The notes under the pieces: model-generated
Seen by the model: the letters and a program-made list of their open reading frames with translations, nothing else
Told to the model about the DNA's origin: nothing
The model's database searches: none
Program-made: the position numbers and the translations under genes
Shown: one piece after another, positions 19,043 through 29,012 of the stretch
Layout of the letters: each line of letters begins with the position of its first letter
Position numbering within the stretch: position 1 is the stretch's first letter
DNA from: Gemmatimonadales bacterium
Lineage (GTDB): Bacteria > Gemmatimonadota > Gemmatimonadetes > Gemmatimonadales > GWC2-71-9
Direction of reading: 5' to 3'
Assembly: GCA_039794085.1 (NCBI GenBank)
Contig: JBDIWC010000027.1
Location: forward strand, 1 to 56,338
Length of the DNA stretch: 56,338 nt

Positions 19043-21013
19043 ATGAACCGATTCCGTGCGACGAGCGAACTGCTCGGGGACGCGTCGATTCTCGAGGAAT
19101 CTGCCCGGGGTCCGGAGTCTGTCCGGATCGGGCATCTGGAACGGGTGGTGCACGCCGCCCAGGAATACCTCTTCGGCATTCAGGAGCCTGACGGCCATTG
19201 GCGCGCGCGGCTGGAAGGCGATTCCATCCTGGAGTCGGAATATGTCCTGCTGATGCACTTCCTGGGACGGGCGGGAGAGCCCAAAGTGCGCAAGGCCGCC
19301 GATTACCTCCGTCGCGCCCAGATGGAGACGGGGGGCTGGGCGCACTATCACGGGGGCCCGGCCGAGGTCAGCGCGTCGGTGAAGGCCTACTTCGTCCTCA
19401 AGCTCATGGGGGACCGCCCCGAGGACCCCCACATGGTGCGGGCCCGCGAGATGATCCTGCGCGCGGGGGGGATCGAGGCCTGCAACTCCTTCACCCGGAT
19501 CTATCTGGCGATCTTCGGCCAGTATCCCTGGAGTCGGTGCCCCGCGGTGCCGCCCGAGATGATGTTGCTCCCGCGGTGGTCCCCGCTGCACATCTACCGG
19601 ATGTCGGCCTGGTCCAGGACCATCGTGGTCCCCCTCAGCATGATCTGGGCGCATCGGCCGAGTGTCGCGGTGCCGGAGGAAGCCTCGATCGCCGAACTCT
19701 TCGTCCCGGGGCGCGCACCCACCATGGATCTGCAGGCCGCTGCGCGGTTCTGGCGGCTTCTCTTTACCGGTCTCGATGTGGCCCTCAAGGGGATCGAGGA
19801 GCTTCCCGTGAAGCCGCTCCGGGAACGGGGCCTGCGGGAGGCCGAACGATGGATCCTGAAGCGGTTGGACAAGAGTGACGGGTTGGGGGCGATCTTCCCA
19901 CCCATCATCAACACTATTCTGGCCCTCCGGTGCCACGGGTATGCCGCTGATCACCCGGTGATCCAGTCCCAGGTGGCGGAACTGGAAAAGCTCGAGCTGG
20001 AGGACGAGAAGGATCTCCGGATCCAGCCCTGTCTCTCCCCGGTCTGGGACACGGCTCTCACGATGAATGCCCTGCTCGGATCCGGAATCAGCGGGGAGGA
20101 CCCTCGGCTCCTGTCCGGCGCCCGCTGGCTGCTCGAGAAGGAGGTGCGGGAAACGGGGGATTGGGCCATGACCTGCGAACCGGTCGCGCCCGGAGGATGG
20201 TACTTCGAGTACGCCAACGAGTTCTACCCCGACCTCGACGACACCACGCAGGTCCTCTCGGTTCTCGGACGGATCCGATTCCCCGATCCGGAGGAGGACC
20301 GCCGCCGAACCGACGCGATGCGGCGAGGGCTGGATTGGATGCGGGCCATGCAGAACGCCGACGGCGGGTGGGCCGCCTTCGACCGGGGGTGCGATTCCGA
20401 GTTCCTCACCCATGTGCCCTTCGCCGATCACAACGCCATGATCGACCCGAGCTGCGAGGACATCACCGGCCGCGCGCTGGAAACGTTCAGTCTCCTCCGG
20501 CCATCGGGCGGGGATGCGGCCGTCCAGCGCGCGGGACAGTTCCTCCTGCGACGCCAGGAGGCGGACGGTACCTGGTATGGGCGGTGGGGCTGCAACTACC
20601 TCTACGGAACCTGGCTCGCCGTGCACGGGCTCACCCGGGAGTTCCTCCCCTCCTCGGACGCCCGGATCCAGCGGGCGGTGGCATGGGTCCGCTCCCGCCA
20701 GAATGCGGATGGAGGATGGGGAGAACTCCCCCGGTCCTACGACGATCCCTCCACCAAGGGCGACGGCCCGAGCACAGCCGCACAGACCGCCTGGGCGGTG
20801 CTGACCCTGCTCGCCGCGGGCGACCACACCTCCGCGAGCCTGGTGCGCGGCATCACGTATCTGCTGGAGACGCAGCGGGCCGACGGGTCCTGGTACGATG
20901 AGGCCTGGACCGGAACCGGGTTCCCGCGGGTGTTCTATCTGAAGTATCACTTGTATGCCACATACTTTCCGCTCCTCGCTCTGGGGACGTACCGGGAGAA
21001 GGTAACCGCATGA
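19043..21013 (+). CDS. shc: Squalene-hopene cyclase
   Basis: DxDD motif YPDLDDT, QW repeats (QEPDGHW, QNADGGW, QEADGTW, QRADGSW), SPVWDT, GTGFPRVFYLKY. Confidence 0.96.
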   Translation: MNRFRATSELLGDASILEESARGPESVRIGHLERVVHAAQEYLFGIQEPDGHWRARLEGDSILESEYVLLMHFLGRAGEPKVRKAADYLRRAQMETGGWAHYHGGPAEVSASVKAYFVLKLMGDRPEDPHMVRAREMILRAGGIEACNSFTRIYLAIFGQYPWSRCPAVPPEMMLLPRWSPLHIYRMSAWSRTIVVPLSMIWAHRPSVAVPEEASIAELFVPGRAPTMDLQAAARFWRLLFTGLDVALKGIEELPVKPLRERGLREAERWILKRLDKSDGLGAIFPPIINTILALRCHGYAADHPVIQSQVAELEKLELEDEKDLRIQPCLSPVWDTALTMNALLGSGISGEDPRLLSGARWLLEKEVRETGDWAMTCEPVAPGGWYFEYANEFYPDLDDTTQVLSVLGRIRFPDPEEDRRRTDAMRRGLDWMRAMQNADGGWAAFDRGCDSEFLTHVPFADHNAMIDPSCEDITGRALETFSLLRPSGGDAAVQRAGQFLLRRQEADGTWYGRWGCNYLYGTWLAVHGLTREFLPSSDARIQRAVAWVRSRQNADGGWGELPRSYDDPSTKGDGPSTAAQTAWAVLTLLAAGDHTSASLVRGITYLLETQRADGSWYDEAWTGTGFPRVFYLKYHLYATYFPLLALGTYREKVTA

Positions 21014-22068
21014 GATTTCCGCTGCACATCACGCTCGACACCGTGAACCACCAGGTGCGGAACGCGATCGCCGGCAACAAGCGATACCCGTTCGTCCTGA
21101 TGCTGGAACCGCTCTACACCTGCAACCTGGCCTGCATCGGATGCCTGCCCGAGCGCCACACCGGCAAGCTGGCGGACCGGCTTCCCCTGGAGGCCTGCCT
21201 CAAGGCGGTGGATGACTGCGGCGCGCCCTCCGTGTCGATCTGCGGCGGCGAACCGACCGTGTACCCCGAACTCCCCGAGTTGGTGGCGGGGATCATCGCG
21301 CGGAAGCGGCACATCTACCTCTGCACCAATGCCCTGCTGCTCGACACCAAGGTGTTCGGCCGGATTCCACCCCACAAGCGGTTGACCATCAACGTTCACC
21401 TCGACGGGATGCGGAAAACCCACGACTACGTGACCGCACGCGAGGGCGTGTTCGACAAGGCGATCGCGATGATCCGCGAGGCCAAGGCCCGCGGCTATCA
21501 CGTGATCACCAACACCACGGTGTTCAAGGAGACCGACATCGACGAGGTGGAGGAACTCTGTGAGTACATGACGCAACTCGGCGTGGACGGCATGTTGATC
21601 TCCCCGGGATATCACTACGAACACATCGAACACGACATCTTCCTCACCCGGGAAGACATCGAGGAGAAATTCAAGCGCGTCCTCCGGTTCGCCGACCGGT
21701 TCCCCCTCATGTCCACGCCACCCTTCCTGGAGTTTGCGGCCGGACTCCGCGAGTACCCGTGCTCGCCCTGGAGCACCGTGACCTTCACGCCAAAGGGGTG
21801 GAAGGGACCCTGCTACCTGATCGGGAAGAAGTTCACCTTCGACTGGAACGAGTTCTGGACCGGAACCGATTGGGACTACTGGGAATCCCGCCAGGACCGC
21901 CTCTGCCAGAACTGCAAGATGCACTCCGGATTCGAGGCCTCGGTGGTTCGGGAGCTGGCCCGCAATCCGGGTGACCTCATGCGCGTGATGAAGTGGAACT
22001 TTCTCGGCAATGGACGCCGCAAGGCACCGGAACAGGAGACGGCGGCGATCGCGTCGAACGGACGGTAG
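21010..22068 (+). CDS. hpnH: Adenosylhopane synthase, radical SAM
   Basis: YPFVLMLEPLYTCNLACIGC, GGEP, CSPW, CQNCKMHSGFE; overlaps the shc stop. Confidence 0.92.
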   Translation: MRFPLHITLDTVNHQVRNAIAGNKRYPFVLMLEPLYTCNLACIGCLPERHTGKLADRLPLEACLKAVDDCGAPSVSICGGEPTVYPELPELVAGIIARKRHIYLCTNALLLDTKVFGRIPPHKRLTINVHLDGMRKTHDYVTAREGVFDKAIAMIREAKARGYHVITNTTVFKETDIDEVEELCEYMTQLGVDGMLISPGYHYEHIEHDIFLTREDIEEKFKRVLRFADRFPLMSTPPFLEFAAGLREYPCSPWSTVTFTPKGWKGPCYLIGKKFTFDWNEFWTGTDWDYWESRQDRLCQNCKMHSGFEASVVRELARNPGDLMRVMKWNFLGNGRRKAPEQETAAIASNGR

Positions 22069-23058
22069 ATGGACCTGGTCACCGGCGGAACCGGCTTCGT
22101 CGGAGCCCATGTGGTGCGCGCCCTGGTGGCCAGGGGAGAGCGGGTGCGATGTCTGGTCCGGCCCACGAGCGACCGGGCCAGCCTCGAGGGCCTTCCGGTG
22201 GAGCTGGTGGAGGGAACCCTCGACGACCCCCGGTCTCTCCACGCGGCGATGGCGGGGTGTCACACGGTCTACCACGTGGCCGCCGAATATCGGCTGGGGG
22301 CCCGCAATCCCGCGTCGCTGTACCGGAGCAATGTGGAGGGAACCCGGCACCTTCTGCAGGCCGCGGGGGACGCAGGAGTATCCCGCATCATCTACACCAG
22401 CACCGTGGGCGCCCTGGCCCCGAACCCCGACGGAGGCCCCGCCGATGAGAGCCACTTTCCCCCGAACGAACAGGCGCTGATCGGGCACTACAAGCGGAGC
22501 AAGTTCCGGGCGGAACAGGTGGCCCTCTCGTTCGCGCGTGAGGGACTCCCGGTCGTGGTGATGAGCCCCTCCGCGCCGATAGGAGAGCTGGACCGGAAGC
22601 CCACTCCCACCGGCCGGCTGATCGTCGACTTTCTGCGGGGGAAGATGCCGGCCTACATGGACACCGGCCTCAACCTGGTCGACGTGCGGGATGTGGCCGC
22701 GGGGCATCTCCTGGCCGCGGAACGGGGCGTCGTGGGCGAGCGTTACATTCTCGGCGGGCGCGACTTCACCCTTCGCGAAATCCTGGAGATGCTCGCTCGG
22801 CTCTCGGGCCGACCCGCGCCCCGCCTTCGGATCCCCGCCTGGGTGGCGATGAGCGCCGCCGTTGTGAACACCGCCTGGTCGTGGAGCCTGGGGAGGGATC
22901 CCGGCATCCCGGTGGAAGGGGTGCGCATGGCCCTGAAGCCGATGTCCTTCACGCCGGCCCGGGCCGTGCGGGAGCTGGGACTGCCCCAGAGTCCGATCGA
23001 GGACGCGTTGGGCCGGGCCGTGGAGTGGTTCCGGCAGCACGGCCATGTCCCCGCCTGA
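22069..23058 (+). CDS. hpnA: Hopanoid-associated NAD-dependent epimerase/dehydratase
   Basis: TGGTGFVG, HVAAEY, YKRSK, KPTPTG, DTGLNLVDVRDVA. Confidence 0.88.
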   Translation: MDLVTGGTGFVGAHVVRALVARGERVRCLVRPTSDRASLEGLPVELVEGTLDDPRSLHAAMAGCHTVYHVAAEYRLGARNPASLYRSNVEGTRHLLQAAGDAGVSRIIYTSTVGALAPNPDGGPADESHFPPNEQALIGHYKRSKFRAEQVALSFAREGLPVVVMSPSAPIGELDRKPTPTGRLIVDFLRGKMPAYMDTGLNLVDVRDVAAGHLLAAERGVVGERYILGGRDFTLREILEMLARLSGRPAPRLRIPAWVAMSAAVVNTAWSWSLGRDPGIPVEGVRMALKPMSFTPARAVRELGLPQSPIEDALGRAVEWFRQHGHVPA

Positions 23059-23842
23059 ATCGGCCACAGTCGTGATGGTCATGGCCGCACTTCCGGAGGA
23101 AGTCGTCGTGCTCCGACGGCGTCTCACCGACGCTCGAGGGTTGTCGAAGCGACCGGGGGCGTTGCGCCGCTGGGAAGGAAAGTTGGGACCCTGCCGCGTG
23201 CAGGTGGTGGTCACGGGAGACGGAGCTGCCCGGGCCCGATCCGGAGCACGCGTCGCCTTCGACGGGCTGTGGGGAGAGGGTGCTCGATGCCGGCATCTCA
23301 TCGTCGCCGGCGTGGCGGGCGGAGCCGATCCCGCTCTCCGGGCGCACGATCTGGTGGTGGCGCGCGAAGTGGTCCGGGAGGGAGGTGTTCCTCGCCGGGC
23401 GGACGAGGCGATGGTCGCTGAGGTGGTTCGGGAGACGGGTGCTGCGCCGGGTCGGGTGCTCACCCGGGAGACGTTGGCCACCTCCGTGGCTCACAAGCGC
23501 CAGATCCACGACGAGTGGTCGAGGGTGGATGACGTCCCGACGGTGGTGGACCTGGAGACCGCTTGGTACCTCGACGAGGCCGAACGACGCGGGGTGCCGT
23601 GGACGGTATTGCGTGTCGTGAGCGACGCGGCGGATGAGCCCCTTCCCGCCTTTCTGGAGGGATGCCGGGATGAGGGAGGTGCCGTCCGGCGGGGGTGCGT
23701 GGCATGGCACGCCCTGCGCCACCCGGGCACCATCCCGTCGCTCCTTCGGCTCGCCCGCCGGGTGCGGCGCTGCGCCGTGGCGCTCGCCGAGGCCGTCGCC
23801 CTGCTGACCGTGGGCATGGATGTCAAGGAGAATGGTGGATGA
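23045..23842 (+). CDS. Nucleoside phosphorylase/nucleosidase-fold protein (HpnG-like)
   Basis: AALPEE, TGDG, AGVAGG, VDLET and LRVVSD motifs of the PNP/UDP family; hopanoid operon context. Confidence 0.75.
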   Translation: MSPPESATVVMVMAALPEEVVVLRRRLTDARGLSKRPGALRRWEGKLGPCRVQVVVTGDGAARARSGARVAFDGLWGEGARCRHLIVAGVAGGADPALRAHDLVVAREVVREGGVPRRADEAMVAEVVRETGAAPGRVLTRETLATSVAHKRQIHDEWSRVDDVPTVVDLETAWYLDEAERRGVPWTVLRVVSDAADEPLPAFLEGCRDEGGAVRRGCVAWHALRHPGTIPSLLRLARRVRRCAVALAEAVALLTVGMDVKENGG

Positions 23843-24747
23843 TGGCAGAGAGTGAACCGACCCGAGGGATGGAGGATCTCGACCGGCTGCTCCGGGACAC
23901 GAGCCGCACGTTCGCGCTCGCCATCCCGCTCCTCCCCGGCGAGCTGCGGCGGTCGGTCACCGTGGCCTATCTGCTGTTCCGCATCGCCGACACCTTCGAG
24001 GACAGCGACTCCTGGTCCCCCGACGAGCGGATCATCGCCCTCAGCGAGTTCGCAGAACTCTTGCGCCATATTGATATCGACAAGGCGAACCTCCTGGGGC
24101 GCGACTGGGCCACGCGCTCTCCGGTGCATCACGCCGGATATCTCGAACTTCTCGAACGGACGGGCCAGGTTCTCGAGGCCCTCGCCGAGCTGCCGGAGCC
24201 GGTCCGGGAACGAATCGTCCATCACACCTGCCGGACCGCCGACCGGATGGCGGTCTTTGTTCGGCAGACCGGTTCCGATGGACAACTCCGTCTCGGGTCC
24301 GTGGCCGAACTGCGGGACTACTGCTATGCGGTGGCCGGAATCGTGGGGGAGATGCTCACCGACCTCTACCTGCTGGAATGCCCGGGTCTCGAAACGCGCG
24401 CCGGGGACCTCCGCCGCTGGGCTCCCCTCTTCGGCGAGGCACTGCAGCTCGTCAACATCCTCCGCGACGCCTCGGCGGACGGCCTGGAGGGACGGAGCTA
24501 CGTCCCCGCCCGGTCCAACCGGGCCGAACTCTTTGCCCTGGCCCACGCCGACCTGGGCGTGGCCCGGGAGTACACCGATGCCCTTCGCGCCGGGGGAGCC
24601 CCGAGCGGGGTGATCGCGTTCAACGCCCTCCCCGTCGAGCTGGCCGAGGCCACGCTCGAGGTGGTGGAACGGGAGGGACCGGGGGCCAAGATTTCCCGGG
24701 AGGCCGTCGGAGAGATTCTGATGCGGGTCCTGGGCTCATGCCCTTGA
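23839..24747 (+). CDS. Squalene synthase (squalene/phytoene synthase family)
   Basis: TSRTFALAI, FRIADTFED, YCYAVAGIVG, LQLVNILRD. Confidence 0.85.
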   Translation: MMAESEPTRGMEDLDRLLRDTSRTFALAIPLLPGELRRSVTVAYLLFRIADTFEDSDSWSPDERIIALSEFAELLRHIDIDKANLLGRDWATRSPVHHAGYLELLERTGQVLEALAELPEPVRERIVHHTCRTADRMAVFVRQTGSDGQLRLGSVAELRDYCYAVAGIVGEMLTDLYLLECPGLETRAGDLRRWAPLFGEALQLVNILRDASADGLEGRSYVPARSNRAELFALAHADLGVAREYTDALRAGGAPSGVIAFNALPVELAEATLEVVEREGPGAKISREAVGEILMRVLGSCP

Positions 24748-24773
24748 CGCAACCCCTTGCACCATGCCATCTT
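24744..24773 (+). promoter_or_regulatory. Putative sigma70 promoter of tRNA-Cys
   Basis: TTGACG-18 nt-CATCTT with extended TG, ending 9 nt before the tRNA. Confidence 0.45.
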
Positions 24774-24782
24774 CCGGGTTCT

Positions 24783-24854
<72 letters not shown>

Positions 24855-25252
24855 CTCTCCCGTCCGTCCCTCCACCTCGCTCTCCTCCGCGCCGTGGGCG
24901 CTCCGGATCGATTCTCACCGGCGCCTCTTCCCGTCTTTCCGTGTGGGCCCTACATGCGCCGCTCGTCTTGGAGCGACGGACTTGCTGCCCCCGCTCGGCA
25001 CCTGACACGGGGCACCCCGGAGACGGCGGGTCGCCTTGGGGGTGTCGTGTGCGGCCTTTGGTGTGTCGTTCGTCTCCATTCTAAAGAGGCCTATCCTGCC
25101 TCCGGCCATTCATCCTCACCCGTCTCCAGGTACAGCATCCCCCCCATGCAGGGGCAGCTCCCCGGAACGCAGCCCGAATGAACGCAAATGGCTCTTGTGA
25201 AATCCCGACTCTCGTGACATTCTCAAGAGACGCCGGTTTCCGGAGGTTCCCC

Positions 25253-26089
25253 ATGCGCCCCACCCTTTGTGTCGCCGCTCTGACTCTCTCGGCGGCCTTG
25301 GCCCTGCCCGCCGATTCCCCTGCCCAGCAAAAGGGGAAGGCCCGGATCAGCGGTCTCATCCTCGCCGCCAGCGACCGCCAACCGATCGAGGGGGCCCGGG
25401 TCCGGATCTTCATCCTCGACCGTCCCCTGGAGATCCTCAGTGACGCCGAGGGCCGGTTCGTCCTCAAGGATCTCCCCGCTGGGGACTACAAGGTCCAGAT
25501 CGAGGCCGATGGTCTCACCTCCCAGGAAGCCCCGGTGACCCTCGGTCCGCGGGACCGCTTCGACATGGAGTTTCTGGTCGGTGTGCCTCCCGCCGTGGTG
25601 CTCCCCGAACTCGAGGTGGTGGAAGCCGTTCCCAACTGGCCCAGAGGAACTCCGGTGTCCAGCGGGCGTCCGGAGTTCGAGCGCCGCCGACAGGAAGGCA
25701 ATGGACGCTACTTCGGGCCGGAGGAGATTGCCAAGCGGAACGCCCCCACGCTCCAGGATCTTCTCCGCATGGTGCCCGGTGTGGTGGTGGATTGCAGAAA
25801 CAACACCCAGGTCTGTTCGATGCGATTCAACCGCTCTCCTCGCGGGTGCGGCCCCGGGTATTGGGTTGACGGGATCCCCGCCACTGATCCCTCGGTCCTC
25901 TATCTCACCCGCCCCACCGACCTCGCGGGCGTGGAGGTCTACTCGGGGTCGAGCCAGGTGCCGCCCGAAATGGAGGGGCGGAATTCGCGCTGCGGTGTCG
26001 TGGCGATCTGGACCAAGGTGGGGGAGAAACCGAGTGAGCGGGAACGTGCCCGGCAAGACCCCGAGACGCGGCGGAACCCGCTGATCTGA
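25253..26089 (+). CDS. Carboxypeptidase-regulatory-like domain + TonB plug-like domain protein
   Basis: Signal peptide; PIEGARV...SDAEGRFVLKDLPAGDY; LRMVPGV...WVDG...GVEVY...CGVVAIWT; no barrel. Confidence 0.75.
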   Translation: MRPTLCVAALTLSAALALPADSPAQQKGKARISGLILAASDRQPIEGARVRIFILDRPLEILSDAEGRFVLKDLPAGDYKVQIEADGLTSQEAPVTLGPRDRFDMEFLVGVPPAVVLPELEVVEAVPNWPRGTPVSSGRPEFERRRQEGNGRYFGPEEIAKRNAPTLQDLLRMVPGVVVDCRNNTQVCSMRFNRSPRGCGPGYWVDGIPATDPSVLYLTRPTDLAGVEVYSGSSQVPPEMEGRNSRCGVVAIWTKVGEKPSERERARQDPETRRNPLI

Positions 26090-26112
26090 CCTTCCCTCCC
26101 GGAACCCCGACC

Positions 26113-26149
26113 CCAGCCTCCCGGTGTCCCGCGGGGGGCTGGTTTTTTT
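26113..26149 (+). terminator. Rho-independent terminator
   Basis: CCAGCCTCCC...GGGGGGCTGG stem followed by T7. Confidence 0.75.
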
Positions 26150-26242
26150 GTCCCCGGCTCCCCACCTTTCCCGCTTCCCGAGTGACCTGCCCGCCGCGGC
26201 CGCGGCGCCGGCGGGAGATCCCATCCGAAGGAGCACCCCGTC

Positions 26243-27574
26243 ATGTCGGCGTCCACCACAGGGAGGCCTCGCCTCCCCCTGCACACGCGCATCCTGCTCG
26301 GTCTCCTCGTGGGCGCCGTGGGGGGCATCGTTTCCAACATCCTGTGGCATGGCTCTCCCACACTCGGCTGGTTCGTCGACAACGTGGCCAACACGGTGGG
26401 ACAGATCTTTTTGCGGATGCTCTTCATGGTGGTGGTCCCTCTGGTGTTCACCTCCGTGGCCCTCGGTGTGGCCTCCCTGGGAGACGTGCGGCGCATCGGG
26501 CGGATCGGAACCAAGACCCTCCTCACCTTTCTTGGTACCACGGCCGTCGCGGCCACGATCGGCCTTGTGCTCGTCAACGCGATCCAACCCGGTGGCTCGA
26601 TCGATCCCGAGGTGCGCACGGCGCTGATGGAGGAGTATTCCTCCCAGGCGGGAGAGAAGGTGACCGCGGCCGAAACCAACCGATTCGGCATCAACACCTT
26701 CGTGAACATCGTGCCGCGCAACCCGGTGACCGCGGCGGCCGGTGGGGACATGCTCGGCCTCATCTTCTTCACCCTCATCTTCGGCATCGCCCTCACGATG
26801 ATCCCGATCACGGCGTCGGAGCCGGTGGTGAAGGTGCTGGAGGGGATCAGTCAGGCGGTGATGGTGATCATCGACTTCGCGATGCGCCTGGCACCCCTGG
26901 GCGTGGCCGGGTTGCTCTTTTCGGTGACGGCCAAGTTCGGATTCGACGTGCTGCAATCCCTCCTCTGGTACGTCGTGACCGTCCTTCTCGGCCTCGCGGT
27001 CCATCAATTCCTCGTGATCCCGCTGCTGGCCCGCGGACTGGCCGGAATCAGCCCGGCCACCTTCTTCCGTCGAGTGCGGGCCCTGATGGTCACGGCGATC
27101 TCGACCTCCAGCTCCAACGCGACATTGCCCACCACGATCCGGACCGCCACCGATGAGTTCGGGGTCCCGCGCGAGGTGGCCGGCTTCGTGCTCCCCCTGG
27201 GCGCCACCATGAACATGAACGGCACCGCCCTTTTCGAGGGGATGACGGTGCTGTTCCTGGCCCAGGTGTTCGGCGTGCACCTCGATCTCCTCACCCAGGT
27301 CATCGTGGTGGTGATGGCGGTGATCACGGCAGTGGGAGTGGCCGGCGTGCCCAGCGGGTCGATTCCGCTTCTGGTGATGGTGCTTGGCATGGTCGGCGTG
27401 CCCGGGGAGGGGATCGCGCTGGTGCTGGGGGTCGATCGGATTCTCGACATGGCCCGGACGGTGCCCAACGTCACGGGAGACCTCCTGACCTCGCTGCTGA
27501 TCACGAAGTCGGAAGGGCTCCCCTTCGGCCCCACCGCCGACGAGGGACGATGGACAGTGGACAACGGGCAATAA
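26243..27574 (+). CDS. Dicarboxylate/amino acid:cation symporter (GltP family)
   Basis: STSSSNATLP, PLGATMNMNGT, GVDRILDMARTVPNVTGD. Confidence 0.92.
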   Translation: MSASTTGRPRLPLHTRILLGLLVGAVGGIVSNILWHGSPTLGWFVDNVANTVGQIFLRMLFMVVVPLVFTSVALGVASLGDVRRIGRIGTKTLLTFLGTTAVAATIGLVLVNAIQPGGSIDPEVRTALMEEYSSQAGEKVTAAETNRFGINTFVNIVPRNPVTAAAGGDMLGLIFFTLIFGIALTMIPITASEPVVKVLEGISQAVMVIIDFAMRLAPLGVAGLLFSVTAKFGFDVLQSLLWYVVTVLLGLAVHQFLVIPLLARGLAGISPATFFRRVRALMVTAISTSSSNATLPTTIRTATDEFGVPREVAGFVLPLGATMNMNGTALFEGMTVLFLAQVFGVHLDLLTQVIVVVMAVITAVGVAGVPSGSIPLLVMVLGMVGVPGEGIALVLGVDRILDMARTVPNVTGDLLTSLLITKSEGLPFGPTADEGRWTVDNGQ

Positions 27575-27601
27575 CCAACGATTCACCCTACTCCCTACTC
27601 C

Positions 27602-28951
27602 CTACCCCCGGGGAGTGGGGCCTGGGGAGTGGGTCCGGATCCGGTCCGCACTCTCGTCGAGATTGGGCGTTCCGAGCATTCCCTCCGTTCCGGCCACGAT
27701 GGTGGCCACGGTCGCGTCACCCGTCACATTGGTGGCGGTGCGCATCATGTCGAGGATCCGGTCCACACCCAGAATCAGGGCGATCCCCTGGGTCGGGACA
27801 TTGATCGCCTCGAGGATGATAACCAGCATGATGATCCCGGCTCCCGGCACCGCCGCGGTCCCGATCGAAGCGAGGACGGCGGTCAGGATGATCGTCAGCT
27901 GGGCCCCGATCCCCAGGGAGAGTCCCAGCGTCTGGGCGATGAAGACGGCGGCCACCGCCTGATAGAGCGCCGTGCCGTCCATGTTGATGGTGGCGCCGAG
28001 GGGAAGCACAAAGCTGCTGATCTCCTCGTGGATCCCGAGCTTCTCCTCACAGCGCTCCATGGTGACCGGGAGCGTAGCCGCGCTCGAACTGCTGCTGAAG
28101 GCCAACAACTGGGCGGGAAAGATCCCCTTGAAGAACGTCACGATCGGCATGGGGGAGAACATCCGGAGCAGGAGGGGATAGGTAACGAAGGTCTGGATGA
28201 GGAGCCCGATGATCACCGCGAGGGCGTAGTAGCCCAAGGCTCCGATCAGCTCCAGGATCTGGGTCAGGTTGTCCCCCGCCACCGACGTGATCGTGCCGGC
28301 AATGAGCGCAAAGACGCCATACGGGGCCGCCAGCATGATGAGGTCCACCAGCCGGATCACGACGTCGTTCAGGCTCTCCATAACCCCGAGCAGCGGCCGG
28401 GCCTTCTCGGCGGGGAGCTGGATCAGCCCGATCCCCAGGAACAGCGCGATGAACACCACCTGCAGCATCCGGCGGTTGTCGCCGAAGGAGACCACTGCAT
28501 TGTCCGACACGATGTCCACGAACATCTGGAGCGGCCCCCGATCCCGGGCCAGCTCGGCCGCGGCCTCACTCCCGGCCGCGTCGGCGGCGTAGGTTTCCTG
28601 AAGTTGGGTCCGCATCGCCTCGGGCACCTGATGCCCCGGCTTCAGCACGTTGACCACCACCAGCCCCAGGGTGACAGCCACCGCCGTCGTCGCGACATAG
28701 ATCCCGATGGTTTTCCCGCCGATCCGCGACAACTTCTTGAGATCGCTCAGGCTCGCCACTCCCGTGACCAGCGAGGCGAGCACCAGCGGAACGGCGATCA
28801 GCTTGAGGGCGTTGACGAAGATCGTTCCCCAGGGCGTGATCCAGTCGTCGGTGAAGTCACCCCACCCTTGGGACGCTGCCAGGACGCCATAGGCCAGGCC
28901 GGCCACCAGACCGAGAATGATCTGCCAGTGAAGCTTGCGATACCAGGGCAT
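27602..28951 (-). CDS. Dicarboxylate/amino acid:cation symporter (second paralog)
   Basis: SSSSSAATLP, PLGATINMDGT, GVDRILDMMRTATNVTGD. Confidence 0.92.
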   Translation of the reverse strand: MPWYRKLHWQIILGLVAGLAYGVLAASQGWGDFTDDWITPWGTIFVNALKLIAVPLVLASLVTGVASLSDLKKLSRIGGKTIGIYVATTAVAVTLGLVVVNVLKPGHQVPEAMRTQLQETYAADAAGSEAAAELARDRGPLQMFVDIVSDNAVVSFGDNRRMLQVVFIALFLGIGLIQLPAEKARPLLGVMESLNDVVIRLVDLIMLAAPYGVFALIAGTITSVAGDNLTQILELIGALGYYALAVIIGLLIQTFVTYPLLLRMFSPMPIVTFFKGIFPAQLLAFSSSSSAATLPVTMERCEEKLGIHEEISSFVLPLGATINMDGTALYQAVAAVFIAQTLGLSLGIGAQLTIILTAVLASIGTAAVPGAGIIMLVIILEAINVPTQGIALILGVDRILDMMRTATNVTGDATVATIVAGTEGMLGTPNLDESADRIRTHSPGPTPRG

Positions 28952-29012
28952 GCGCCCTCCCGGAAGAGGTGATCGGAGACGCGCGCCGCCGGGGCGGGCG
29001 CGTCCGGTAAGA

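Noticed and set aside
19043..21013. Oxidosqualene cyclase / sterol pathway, suggested by the Bst-like transporter
   Set aside because: The active site is DLDD (SHC type), not DCTAE; no squalene epoxidase is present; hpnH follows.
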